A stretch of 63,032 bases of DNA, counting the filler, from Reticulomyxa filosa (Eukaryota; Protista; Foraminifera): the NCBI GenBank assembly GCA_000512085.1. It is 22 parts of 22 records of this genome, joined end to end, with 100 filler letters (N's around TTAATTAATTAA, not from the genome) between each part and the next. Parts side by side here need not be neighbours in the genome. Positions count along the whole stretch, not along the records: positions 38,098 to 39,993 come from ASPP01015084.1; positions 40,094 to 44,770 come from ASPP01001918.1; positions 44,871 to 45,919 come from ASPP01022511.1; positions 46,020 to 48,340 come from ASPP01030888.1; positions 48,441 to 49,721 come from ASPP01019284.1; positions 49,822 to 51,732 come from ASPP01007844.1; 16 more parts are not named here. The stretch is one strand, 5' to 3'. The position numbers and the translations under genes were made by a program. A model generated the notes under the pieces. The model made no database searches and was not told where the DNA came from. It was given only the letters and a program-made list of their open reading frames with translations. Of the stretch, positions 38,098 through 50,725 are shown in pieces (the first letter of the stretch is position 1; each line of letters begins with the position of its first letter).

Positions 38098-39070
38098 GAA
38101 CTCTTTTGAGCTTATTTCTTTTAAAAATCTTTGATAATTCATACGATTGGTAATATTACAAGGAAAATTAGAATCAGGAAAAAGTTTATATGTAAATAAT
38201 TTCACAACATCAATTCCTGTTATATCATTACCGAAACGTTTGCTGATAGGATCACTAATTTTTTTAAACTCTTATAATACAATTTAAATATAAAATATTT
38301 GTATGTCATTATTTTATTTTCATTTGCTTCAATTTTTTAGAGGAAGGACAGAAAAGAAAAAACATCGAATAAGTAAAATTAGCATGTATCCACTTATTTC
38401 TTGGTCAAAAAAAAGAATTCAATTACTTTGAGATAAAGTAATTTATTTGTTGAAAAAAAAAATGATAATATCCCAATACAAATAAAACCTTCTCCTGGAT
38501 CATAACATAAATTAATACCACAGTCATTTTCTTTATTTTTCTTTTGTTTCTTCAATGATGAAAATTTAAGGTATGTTATTCCAATAACTTTTTTATCCAT
38601 TGATTATATGCAATTCCTTCTTATTTGATCGAATATCCCAAAAAAGAACTGTATTGTCATCTGATCCAGAACAAAGTAATTGACTATCATCAAATGTTGA
38701 ACAGTCAATACTATTCACGCGTTTTTTGTGTCCAGTGAAAGTTTGTAGTAGTTTAGATGATGAACGAAATGTATCAAAGATGAAAAAGGTATTTGCCAGT
38801 GTATGAAAAAAAATATTTAGATGTATTGGCTATCATTCAGGAAAAAAAAACATAACATAATTGGCAACAATTTTATAAAAATTATCAATCCATCCTAGTT
38901 TAATCTTTAATATCCGAATCCAATGCTGAATAATTAATTGGATCTCTTCTTCTTTTGACTTATTCACATACAATAAAACAGTAAAAAATATAAAGACAAT
39001 TAATTTTTTTGAAAGATTGGATGAAGTTTACCAAAGTCAGTTGTAATGACGGTCGTTTCTTATTGCCATC
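38098..39070 (-). CDS. WD40-repeat protein of a lineage-expanded family (possibly pseudogene)
   Basis: Exons EEEIQLIIQHWIRILKIKLGWID..IVANY and FDTFRSSSKLLQTFTGH..VNSIDCSTFDDSQLLCSGSDDNTVLFWDIR. Confidence 0.8.
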
Positions 39071-39943
39071 AGCAGTAGTCATTCTTTCAGTTTTTTTTTA
39101 CCTTGGACGAAAAAATGATTGAGCTTTTTTCTCTTAAGACCAATGAAAGGACTACCAAAAACGCCTTGAATAAAATATAACAATGTCTGTTGTTTGAAAT
39201 TGAGCAAGATGGGCATTGTATATTTTTGAAAAATCTCAAAACATCTAAAAAAAAGGTAATAATTCAAAACAACACACAATTGTGTTTTATCTTTTTCGTA
39301 TTTTCTCAAATGTTGCTTCAGTAAATTTCCACTAATGACATTTGAATAAATAAATAAGTTTGTATTAGTTTCCACAAACGATAAAGTTGTGTTTATAGAC
39401 AAAATACATTTGGAAGTTATATTATTGGAATGATTTTCATTTTTATCTTTTCATCACTCTCAAACAACAGAAGTTATTTAAATGATTATTCAATTTTAAT
39501 ATATTAATTGTGTATAATTATCATAATGTGTATTATAGAATAGCTTTATTACACTTATGCAAAACAGACAAAAGAGTGTATTCAACAAATTAGAGAAAAG
39601 ATTTAATAAGAAGTACAAAAATTGGTTTTTATTAATTGTTTCAACACTTTAAATAAATTAAAAAATCATAACTTATCGTTGTGATGTCTTAATGCTTTAC
39701 AAAATGTAACATCTATATTCCATTAAATAGAGGTAACAGATTTAATTCAATCAAATTTTTCGTTAACCCCTGCGTTGATCAAAAAAAAAAATTGAACTAT
39801 TTTTTCTCTAGCATCGTCCAAGATCATTTCAAGAAAAAAAAAAAGAATGAACTTAAGTTCATCAATGAAAGTTGTGTTCAAATTGTTTAGGTCTTTCTTC
39901 TTTATTTTTTCTTTTTCTTTTTTTGCTTTATGACTGAACAGTT

Positions 39944-39993
39944 AAAAGAAGAAGAGGTTCAAATAATTATTCATCATTGGATTCGAACATTAA
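39944..39993 (+). CDS. Start of a second, divergently oriented WD40-family paralog, cut by the contig end
   Basis: KEEEVQIIIHHWIRTL is the same N-terminal motif as at 38910-38960. Confidence 0.6.
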
Positions 39994-40483
39994 NNNNNNN
40001 NNNNNNNNNNNNNNNNNNNNNNNNNNNNNNNNNNNNNTTAATTAATTAANNNNNNNNNNNNNNNNNNNNNNNNNNNNNNNNNNNNNNNNNNNNCATTTCC
40101 TAGTTGTATTCCGGCTTGGCCGACTTCAATTGTGAGAACTTCTCTCATTTTATTTGTAATAAAACAACAACTAATCAACACTTAAAAAAACCAAACGAAC
40201 GAGTAAAAAAAAAGGAACTCAAAAACTCCCCTCCTTTTAAAAAACTAAAGGGGGTTCTTCCAGCTTGTTTTGGACTGATATATCCAAATGTTAGTTTTAT
40301 AACTTAGCCAAAAAAAATTCATATAGTTATAGTATTATATTGCTTTGAGAAATATAAGAAAGATCAGTGGAAATAACAATAAATTCAAAAAAAACAAAAA
40401 AGAAAGGAGGAACATGTCAAATGTGCGCAACAAAGGCAAAAAAAAAAAATCCTCAAAAAAAAAAATTAAAAAAGTGCACAATT

Positions 40484-43398
40484 TTATATTTCTTGACTGA
40501 AATGATGGGGATATTTGTTAACAACTTCTTCCCACAACAATTCCTCTCGTGACAATTCTGCCAGTAACTTTGGAGCTTCAGATAGTTTAACTCGGATTTG
40601 AGGTCTAGCATGGTCCCTTTCTCGAATAGTTACAGTTGAATCTTTTTCTGTCTGGAAATCGACTGTGACATGGAAAGGAACTCCCATTTGATCAGCGCGG
40701 GAATATTTTTTGCCAGGACTTGCCGTGCTTAAGTCAATTCTGGAAGCAAGGTGATATTTCTTCAATTGTGCATGTAAGCGTTCACAGATATCCTGTTGTT
40801 CTTTTCGATTGGAAGATAAGGAGTATACGAAAACTTTGATCGGCGAAATTCGAGGAGGTAAGCTTAGAACTCGACGATTTTTATCATCGCAACGTTCCCA
40901 GAACGAATGTTCTAGCAAGGCGTACAAGATGCGTCCGATTCCAAATGACGGTTCCACCACGGAAGGTACGTAATTGTAGGATTGCACATTTTTCTCCGTT
41001 TCTTTGCAGTCAAACATCTTGTCGGTGACATTATACGTTTTGGAGTCAATAGAAATCGTGACCGGCGCAGTTTTGAGTTTGTCCAACAAAGCCAGGGCAT
41101 CTTTGTCCATCAAGTCATTTAAATATTTCAACAAAGGCTCGGCCTCTTTTTTATACTCTTGTTGAATGTTTTTTTGTTGATCTGTTTTAAAATGAACTTG
41201 GTTTTGCGAGGCTCTTTCAACACCTTTTCCGCCTCCAATTTGGCGCCCGTGGCTTTGCTATGTTGGTCCAAGTCATAGCATGCTCTGTCGGCATGTCCAA
41301 CACACTCAATCCATCCTTGGGTCATGAGGATCTCCGCATCCCAGCAGTCCCTGGCATAATGAGCCATTTCATTTTTCAAATGCTGTCGAAATCTCAATTT
41401 ATTTGGATTGATTCCAATCTTGCTTAAAAACAGTTGGGTCCGCGCCAAGTAATATCCCAAAGTAGTATTGGAGATGATCTTGTGCACGTTGACGGCCTCG
41501 TCAATGGTCATTTCGTGCACTTTTTCTTCCCCGGTCTGAGCTTCGCGAGGCAAGAGCCGCATTCGCACATGCTTCACATTGTCAAACTTTGGGTGGGGCA
41601 CTTCGTTCACGTCGTCGGTGCAAAAGTGCTCAATTTCCGCCATTTGAAATTCGCGCACGCGAATGAGTCCTCCTCGGGGCGCGATTTCATTTCGAAATGC
41701 GTGACCAATTTGCGCAGCGGCAAAAGGCATTTGTTTGTTGTTGTAAAGCCAAAGCTTTTGAAAGTTGACAAATATGCCTTGTGCCGTTTCGGGACGTAAG
41801 AAACCTTGATATTTGCCACTTGGTCCGATTTGAGTTCCAAACATCAAATTGAATGGAAACGGCGCACTCAATGGATTACCGGTTTCGGGTGCCTTCACTC
41901 TCAATCTTTCCAATGTCTCCGCCAACTGCTCTTTGCCATACGATCCCACCTCCGCTTTCACTAGCAACAGATCTTGTTTCTCTTCGCTGGACAATTGCGT
42001 GTTGTTCGCCGTTGGGTCCAACAGCTTCTCAATGTGCTGCTCCAACAATTTGTCTGCTCGAAAGCAGTTGCCATTCACCTCGTCTTTTACCATAAAATCT
42101 GCAAATTTCGCCACGTGTCCACTCGCTTCCAACACGGGCTGCGGCGTCAACATCGTGGATTCCACTTCCAACATATCCTCCTCCACTATAAAGTGATTGC
42201 GCCATTCTTGCACGATGTTGGCTTTTATTGCCGCACCTATTTCAAATTTATTTATTATTTTTTTACAAAAAAAAAAAGGTACAAAAAATTTTTCAAAAAT
42301 GTGAGGAAATTTCTTGTTAAAAAAATTTTTTTTTTTTGGAAAGAAACTTCTGAAGAAATTTCTTCCCCTTTTTTTTTTTTCCTTTCTCCTCCCTCTAAAA
42401 AAAAAAAAGATGTGTGTAATTTTTTGCAAATTGTTACCAGTTGGTCCGTAATCATACAATCCAGCACATCCTCCGTGAATCTCGGCGGTAATGGTATACG
42501 TAAAGTTGGCTTTGGAAGTCTCTTCCAAGTCATTCTTTAACGCTTCGTTTGCCTTTTTTTGGACAATATCAACGCAATGCGCCTGGTAATGCAATTCGGA
42601 CAATTGGGGCTGAAGCGCTTTCATTTGGGTAACTAGCGATACCACTTCTGGGTCGTTGTTGCCTTTTCCACTGTTTTTCAATTGGGTGATTTGTGCTTTC
42701 AATTCGGTTACCTATAGGCCACCATACCATACACATAACACATACACACATTGTTTCACCACTTTATTTTTGTCTTAACTTTCGAATTGACTTGTAAGAA
42801 TTCTCGTTTGGCCGCTTCGACATCAAATTTGGAAATTTCGGGGGTCGGCTCACTTCCTCCAATACTTGTCCAACCAGTGCTCGGTGGGACTAATGGGTTC
42901 TTTTCGTTGACCTTTGCGGCGTAGTAATGTATTCCCTTTCCGCTCTCGCTTTCGTACTCGTACATCAACCACAATCCATTTTTATCCTTTGTCAACTCCG
43001 GGATCACCACACCTCCGCGGATGCGGTAAATCGCGTCTTGCTCTTTCTTCTTACCTTTATTCGATTCCACCACACGCCAATATTCTGGCTTGTTGCGTTC
43101 CGTGTCACGCGCATAAGCGTAGACTCCATTCAAATGGTTCAGTCCTGCACCTCGAACAACTACGGCCTATTCATCATATACATGTTTTTTGTTTTTTGTT
43201 TTTTTGTTTTAGTGTTCAAGTTTTGCACAAGTATTCACTGTTTGGACTTCTCTTTTTTTTTCTCCCCCCCAGTCTTACCTCCATCAATCTCGTACTGCTT
43301 TGTCGAGTTTGTATTAAAAAACAAAATGTGGGCCTTAAAGTGTTGACAATGGGCTGTCGTTTAAAATTCACAAACCAGTACTTTTCAAAACCTCTCAT
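40484..43398 (-). CDS. GARS: Glycyl-tRNA synthetase (alpha2, class II) with presequence, extra N-terminal domain and WHEP-like hairpin
   Basis: GLYDYGP, ASGHVAKFAD, FNLMFGTQIGP, LRPETAQGIFVNF, FRNEIAPRGGLIRVREF.MAEIE, EMAHYARDCWD, GWIECVG.ADR, VEPSFGIGRI and GKKYSRADQMGVPF..TVDF. Introns at ~42238-42436, ~42713-42794 and ~43168-43278. A homopolymer frameshift lies near 41160. Confidence 0.96.
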
Positions 43399-43937
43399 AA
43401 ACCATTTCAAAATTTTGAATATTCAGTCCTTGCTGTTCCGATGTAGGTTTGCCAACTTCTTTTACGACGCATTTTTTTGTGGATTTATGATAAATACATA
43501 GCATTAACGTTGAAACCAAGGTAATATTTACATTAGATAAATCCATAAAAGAAATAGCAAACTTGAGACCAATTGATATTATCCTTGTGCTCCTTGCACC
43601 AATATTTTCTGATAGCGTGTTATCTATAGCAATAATTTTAAAAAATAGTCCAAAACATTATTTTGACGACCACAGATTATTTTAAAATAAATAAAAGTTG
43701 AAAAAAATTCATGAGTTGATGATAAGAATAAGAAATTAAAGAGATAATTACTTGAAAATACCTGGACAAGAAGAACATGTAAAAAATAAAAAAAAGAATG
43801 AATACACATAGAAGCACTATTGTGCACTGTGATACAGTCAGCCAAAACAGTTTGGCTTGTACAAGTTAAAACGGTCTTCCTCCCCCTCCTTAGTGAATCC
43901 ATCTTTGTTTTGTTGAATAAACAATAAAAGAGAAGTC

Positions 43938-44707
43938 ATGTGGTCCTTTTTTATTTTAACTAGTTTGATCGGTTTTGTCTTTGGCCGCCCTCAATCACCT
44001 GAAAGTGGTTGCACTTTTACAGTGCAAAACCAAGTGTACGACTTGTCGCCTTTAGTTGCGGCAAATGGAAGCTACACGTGGAAACAAAGCAATGTCGAAA
44101 TTGACGGGAGTCTTGGTACGTACATCTTTGAGCTTAACATTTGTAACCCCGTCAAAACAGCGTACTCGGCTTGCACCTATGCGAACTCGGTGCTCAACCA
44201 AATCAGTGCCAACAATATGAGTGACTGTGAGTATTTGGGAGATGTAGCCGTCACGAGTATTGATCCTACGCCATATAACGATGGCCTGATGCTTCAGTAT
44301 GTACTACTTCAATCTTTTTTTTAATAAATAATTTTTTTGTGTTTGCTTGTTTACTTTTTTCCAAAATCGTATTGCGTATTTAAAAAAAAAAAATGTTAGG
44401 TATTATCACGGATATTACGTCAATCATATCACCACGTATGTTTTCTTTTGTCTTGTTTGCAGTATTCAGAGAGGGGGGGGGGAGGAGTGTGTTGGTTTGT
44501 GCGATTTAACATGTGGGAATTTTTTGGCTGTGTTCATTCGGGAACAGAGCCTCGGTTATTTACTACTTGATTTGCAATTCCAAGGTAACAATGAGCACCC
44601 CAACTGTTGAGCATGTTAGGTATTGCACTGACAGTCAAGATGGTATGTTAGTGGGAATGCAATATCATGTGGAGATTGAGACCAAATATGCGTGTCCTGG
44701 GCGATAA
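43938..44707 (+). CDS. Secreted single MRH (mannose-6-phosphate receptor homology) domain protein, 3 exons
   Basis: Signal peptide MWSFFILTSLIGFVFG, then C..YDLSPL..Y..YIFELNICNPV..C..Q..C..LG..GLMLQY..G..LICN..YHVEIETKYAC, then a stop codon with no transmembrane helix. Confidence 0.8.
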
Positions 44708-46019
44708 TCGCGAGAGTTTTTAAAACATAAAAGAATGTTGTGGTACAATAAAATAATTTGTATAGAACTTNNNNNNNNNNNNNNNNNNNNNNNNNNNNNN
44801 NNNNNNNNNNNNNNTTAATTAATTAANNNNNNNNNNNNNNNNNNNNNNNNNNNNNNNNNNNNNNNNNNNNTTGACTCGCATGCCACATTGGAAAAGATCT
44901 ACCAATTTATATTTGACTGGAGATTATACTTCCGACTGAACATCTTCTTGTATCTTTCGATTGATACTACTCGCTGTTTGTCATGGGAAGGTCACTAGAT
45001 TATTATGTTATGTATATCTTTGTACAAATTTTTGTTTTATTTTGTTTTATACATCTTCGTCCTCACCAAGATAACAGCATTTGTTTCAACTTATTATCTT
45101 CCACCAAATCAACACGAAAGTTGTACCAATTGCATCTTGGAAATGCATATGTGTCAGCATCAAGAGCCACACATAACATAATCGCAAATATATGTTAAAA
45201 TCAGTAGTGGATACTTTGACCGATTATGCATATTGATAACTTGGTTGAAAGTTGTGCGTGTGCTAATCTGGATGTTGTGGCTGATACTTATGAAAATGAA
45301 GCGCAAATAACAGCGAATGGTTACATGCTCACGATCACACAACAACATCATAGCCTTGGTAAAACACACGCCAATGCTTTTTAGTGATTGACCGTATCGA
45401 TTTCTTTCATACAGCCTAGCTTGCTTCAATCTATAATTCGTACTTCTTGCACAATTCATTACCACTTGCAATGTTTCCAATACTTTTGATAGGTACTTTT
45501 TCTTCTTTCTTTTTCTGTTCCCATTCCTTAACACTACCTTTTTCTTTATTTCAATCTAAATCCACTATACAATGAAAAGTCCCATGTTCACACCGTTTTG
45601 ATTACAACAGCTAAAGACATGATAAAAATAAAATATATATCTTGAAATAGAGCACACCATCCTCGGCAGTGGATTGTAAATTAATTTTCAGATACCAATG
45701 GATAAGTTTGTGTAGCTGACACTATAATTCTAATTCATTTATCCGTAGTCTTGTGAGGTCCTATTCAATATTTGACTCATATACAGTGACAATACCACCT
45801 GCATCCGACTTAGCTAAAATATTGTCAGCAATGGAATACGTATAATATGCTAACTGTATTTGAGCAAGTTATTAGTAAGCACGAACGCTTTCATCTGAAC
45901 AATGCTCTTTGTGGTATCANNNNNNNNNNNNNNNNNNNNNNNNNNNNNNNNNNNNNNNNNNNNTTAATTAATTAANNNNNNNNNNNNNNNNNNNNNNNNN
46001 NNNNNNNNNNNNNNNNNNN

Positions 46020-48340
46020 CGAAGGGCCGATCAATATCATCGAGCGGGCGCACCCGGATCTCGGGCGGCTCGGCGTGTTTTGGCACACGCAGGGCAGTGG
46101 GAAGAGCTATTCCATGGCTTTCTTCGCCGAGAAGGTACGCCGCAAGGTGGAGGGCAACTTCACCTTTCTGCTGATGACCGACCGGCAGGATTTAGACAGC
46201 CAAATTTACAAGACCTTCGTTGGCTGCAATGTGGTCGAGAAGGATACGCCTCGTGCTGCCTCGGGCGCGGCCCTCGAAAAGCTGCTGAAGGAGAACCATC
46301 GCTACATCTTCAGCCTGATTCACAAATTTAATCAGGATGTGGATCCGAAGAAGCCTTACAGCGAGCGCGACGATATCATTGTGATTTCGGACGAGGCGCA
46401 TCGCACGCAATCGGGCAGGCTCGCCCGCAATATGCGCCTGGCGCTGCCGAACGCGGCCTTCATCGGCTTTACGGGAACGCCGCTCTTCAAGCAGGACGAG
46501 ATCACCAAGCGCATCTTCGGTGGCTATGTCTCTCAGTATAATTTCAAGCGCTCCGAGGAAGACGGCGCGACCGTTAGGTTGGTCTACCAGAACCGGGGCG
46601 AGAAGCTCGGCCTTGTGCACTCGGATCTAAACGAGCGCATGGCCGAAAAGATCGAACAGGCCGAGCTCGATCCGGATCAAGCTGCTCTACTGGATAAGCT
46701 GCTGGGTAAGGACTACGAGATCATCACGGCGGATGAGCGCCTCGATAAGATCGCAGCGGATTTCGTTGAGCATTGCGCAACGCGGTGGGAATCCGGGAAG
46801 TCCCTGTTCGTCTGCATCGACAAGATCACCTGTGCCCGCATCTTTCAGCGCATTGAGCCTCTTTGGAAGGCGAAGGCCATGGCTGTGCGCTCTGCCTTCG
46901 CGGCCAAGCAGGCCGAAGCAGCGGCGGAGATGGATGAAGCGGTTCGCGCCGCCCTTGCCGATCAGGCGGTGAAGCTGGAAAAGCAGGCGAAATGGCTCGA
47001 TGAAACCATCATCGAAATCATCATCAGCGAGGCGCAGAACGAGGTCGGCGACTTCAAGAAGTGGGATTTCGATATCATCCCGCATCGAGAGCGGATGAAG
47101 AAGGGGTTCGAGGTAGCGGGCGGCCAGCGCGTCGATGTCGAGACGGCCTTCAAAGACCCGCAGCACCAGTTCCGGGTGGCCATTGTCTGCGCTATGTGGC
47201 TTACCGGCTTTGACGTGGAGTGCCTTTCGACGCTCTACATCGACAAGCCGATGAAGGCGCACACGTTGATGCAGGCCATCGCGCGGGCGAACCGCGTCTA
47301 TCCCGGCAAGGATCATGGCCTGATCGTTGATTACAATGGCATGCTTAAGAGCTTGCGCGCGGCGCTCGCGCAATATGCCTTGGGCGATGATGACGCGGGT
47401 GGAACGGATATCGCCACGCCGATCGAGGAACGAGTACAGGCGCTTATCGAAGCGATCGAGGCCACCGAGGCGCATTTGCGCGCGCTCGGCTTCGATCCGG
47501 CAGTCCTGCATGGGGCGAAGGGCTTTGCGCGGATCAAGGGGCTCGCCGATGCGGTTGAAGCCGTCTATTCCAGCGACGAGTCAAAGCGCCGCTTCGAGAT
47601 CATGGCGCGGGAGGTCTTCAACCGGTTCAAGGCGCTCTTGGTGGAGCAGAGCGCCTGGGTTTATGCTGAACGTCACGACAACATTGAGGCGGTCTACAAG
47701 AAGCTCAGCGAGCGGCGCGATACCGCTGATGTAACCGAGTTGCTCAAGGAGCTGCACCGTATCGTAAATGAGGCCATTCGCACGCAGGCACCGGGTGACG
47801 ATCAGGCCGCAGGGCTGACTTTCGATCTCAGCAGAATCGACCTCGACAAGCTTCGCGACGAGTTCGCGAAGAAGGTGCGGCGGAAGGCTACGGTCCTTCA
47901 GGACATCCGCGACATTGTCGAGCAGAAGCTAGCTGACATGCTTGCCCGCAATCCGATGCGAATGGACTATCAACTGAGGTACGATGGCATCATCGCGGAC
48001 TACAACAGCGAAAAGGATCGCACGACGATCGAAGAGACCTTCAGACGGCTGGTTGAACTGGTGCGAAGCCTTGATGAGGAGCAGGAGCGGGCGGCGCGGG
48101 AAAGCCTTTCCGACGAGGAGTTGGCCGTGTTCGACTTGCTGAAGCGGGAAGATTTGACCAAGGCCGACCGCGAGCGCGTGAAGCAGGCAAGCCGGGACAT
48201 GCTAGCCTCGATCAAGACGCGATTGGCCGAACTCGATCGCTTCTGGGAGAAGGAGCAGACCAAGGGCGAGGTCGAGGCGTTCATCCTCGACGAAATCTTT
48301 ACCAAACTGCCCTCACCACCCTTCACCCCCGAAGAGAAGA
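46020..48340 (+). CDS. hsdR: Bacterial type I restriction enzyme R subunit (SF2 motor and C-terminal domain), partial
   Basis: GC-rich uninterrupted ORF of about 770 codons with WHTQGSGKS, DEAHR, FTGTP, MWLTGFD, LYIDKPM and LMQAIARANR. Confidence 0.95.
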
Positions 48341-48440
48341 NNNNNNNNNNNNNNNNNNNNNNNNNNNNNNNNNNNNNNNNNNNNTTAATTAATTAANNNN
48401 NNNNNNNNNNNNNNNNNNNNNNNNNNNNNNNNNNNNNNNN

Positions 48441-49397
48441 GAGGAGGAGGAGGGTGAGGATGAGAATGAGAATGAGGATGAGGATGAGGATGAGAATGGG
48501 TAATACTTCTCACTCCAATGGAATGTGAAAGAGCATTTGATTCATTTACACGATACATTGTGCTCGGAAGAGTTGTCGTTTTCTTTAAACTGTTCATTCC
48601 GGACAGCCATGATTCATTATTTTCCGCACTGCTTCTGTTACTTCTGTCTCGTTACTGTCGCTCTCACTTATCGAAGCTTAAATATAACACACACACACAT
48701 CAACAAAATATGGTGAAATACTATCTTACCCACCCCCACTCTCAAAGTACAATAGATACGTATAAAAAAAAAAAAAATACCTGTTGTGTTGGTCGTTTCA
48801 TCATCACTGCGACATTTGATTGAAGTAATGTGTAGTACTCCGGGCATTTTGGTCTCTTTTTTTTTCTTTTTCTTTTTTTGATGAAAGGATTTTTTGGCCG
48901 TGGTGGCAGGCTCGATTTGGATTTTTAAAGGAGATGTTTCCACTGACTGTACATTGGACTTTATTTTGTTTTTCTTTCCTGAAGACTTGCTTCGGACATT
49001 TGGCTTTGTCGGAATCATCAACTTGTGATTCACGCGACGGTCTGTCGACAACATCGTTCCATTGGCGCTGCTGTCTCCATGCATTGCCGCATGCGGCGGG
49101 GACTTCGTATCCTCTTTGCTCTCATATCCGCCAAATATCGTCGAATTCTGGCCCTTTTTTTTTAAATCAAAGTAGATATCACTTTGGTTATTGCATGTTC
49201 CATATATCTTTTCACAAGTTTCATTTGAACCCCCCCCCCTTTGCTTCCCTTCCCTTAAAAAAGTGAGCACAAAAGTAAAATAATGGAGTCAAGTATATTT
49301 AAAATCAACTTACATTGGGACCTAAAAAAATCCGTTCCATTGCTATTTGATGTAACAAAAAAATATTTTTTGTTTCTCCAGATATAGTTAAGCAAAA

Positions 49398-49436
<39 letters not shown>

Positions 49437-49721
49437 GAAAACGTAACAATACATATGAGAAATAACAGGGGAATTGGGAGACAGTGCTTGCAAAGGGGAC
49501 AAGGAAGGGGGGACATCGTTGATGACAATGCTAGCGTTTGTATCGATGACTTTGTTTTCGATAGGAATATCGCCGTTGCTACTGACAGTCGGTGAAGATA
49601 TCATACTGTTGATGTTTGTGTTACCATTGTTGTTATTGCTGTTGCTATTGTTATTGTTGTTTGCGTTATTATTATTGCTATTGCTATTGTTGTTATTGTT
49701 GTTATTGTTGTTATTGTTGTT
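48441..49721 (-). CDS. Hypothetical low-complexity protein, internal exons
   Basis: Exon-like blocks rich in N, S and K, separated by T/A-rich introns. No domain recognised. Confidence 0.35.
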
Positions 49722-49916
49722 NNNNNNNNNNNNNNNNNNNNNNNNNNNNNNNNNNNNNNNNNNNNTTAATTAATTAANNNNNNNNNNNNNNNNNNNNNNN
49801 NNNNNNNNNNNNNNNNNNNNNAAAAAAAAAAAAGTCAATGTGTTTATGTCTTTTTTTTTTTTTTCTATTTTTTTTTTAAAAAAACGACAGTCGATAAACA
49901 CAAAATACAGTATGAA

Positions 49917-50279
49917 TTATTGGTAGACTTCAGCGTGAACAACAGATGGTCTGGATTGGGGAATTTCTAAAAGCTGCGCTTCATTGGCACTGTCCAACAC
50001 ACAAGATATGACACAAATCAAACGCGATGCAAAATTGCACATTAAAAGAAAAGGAGAAAAGAGAAAAGTTTTGTTATATGGTATTTTATGAGTTGCAATG
50101 TGTTTGCACGTAAACGGTTGAATGTCGCCTTTGGGTTTTTGTTTGATGATTTTGGCGTGTCTGGTGCGCTTGTGATCGAGCACTTTCGTCTTGCGAGCAT
50201 CGGTGATGTTGCATGACTTTACCGAGTATGTGTCGTCGTCCATTTCACTTTTGGCTTACTATTTCGACAATTTAATATA

Positions 50280-50318
<39 letters not shown>

Positions 50319-50666
50319 GTATATATTAGTTGGAAAAAAAAGAGAAATGAATAACTCTGGTTGTCTTGCTGTTTTTGGAGTGTCTGTAATTTCGGGACTT
50401 GTATTTGCATTGGCTTCAGTTTTACTTTCGCTTTTGTTTTTGTTTTTATTTTTATTTTTATTTTTATTTTTATTTTTGTCTTTGCTTTGTCTTTGATGTT
50501 AGTATTGGATTCATGACCATTTTGAGTTTGGTTTTTATTGGATTGCTTTTTGTGACGCTTGCTTTTCTCCTTGTTTTTTCGCATTTCCTGTGCTTTGCGG
50601 ATATATGTCTTTGCATCTAAGCTTTGGACTGATTTCATATCGAAATTGCTTTCGTTGTCTTCATTG

Positions 50667-50725
<59 letters not shown>

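Noticed and set aside
44871-45919. Possible decayed LINE endonuclease region
   Set aside because: No convincing APE or RT motif could be read in any frame.
46192-48326. Long antisense ORFs over hsdR (and over tamA)
   Set aside because: Shadow ORFs are expected in GC-rich coding DNA.
28701-48340. Horizontal transfer of tamA or hsdR into the protist, or a defence island with neighbouring genes
   Set aside because: Both are whole contigs bounded by spacers. There is no host junction and adjacency is artificial.
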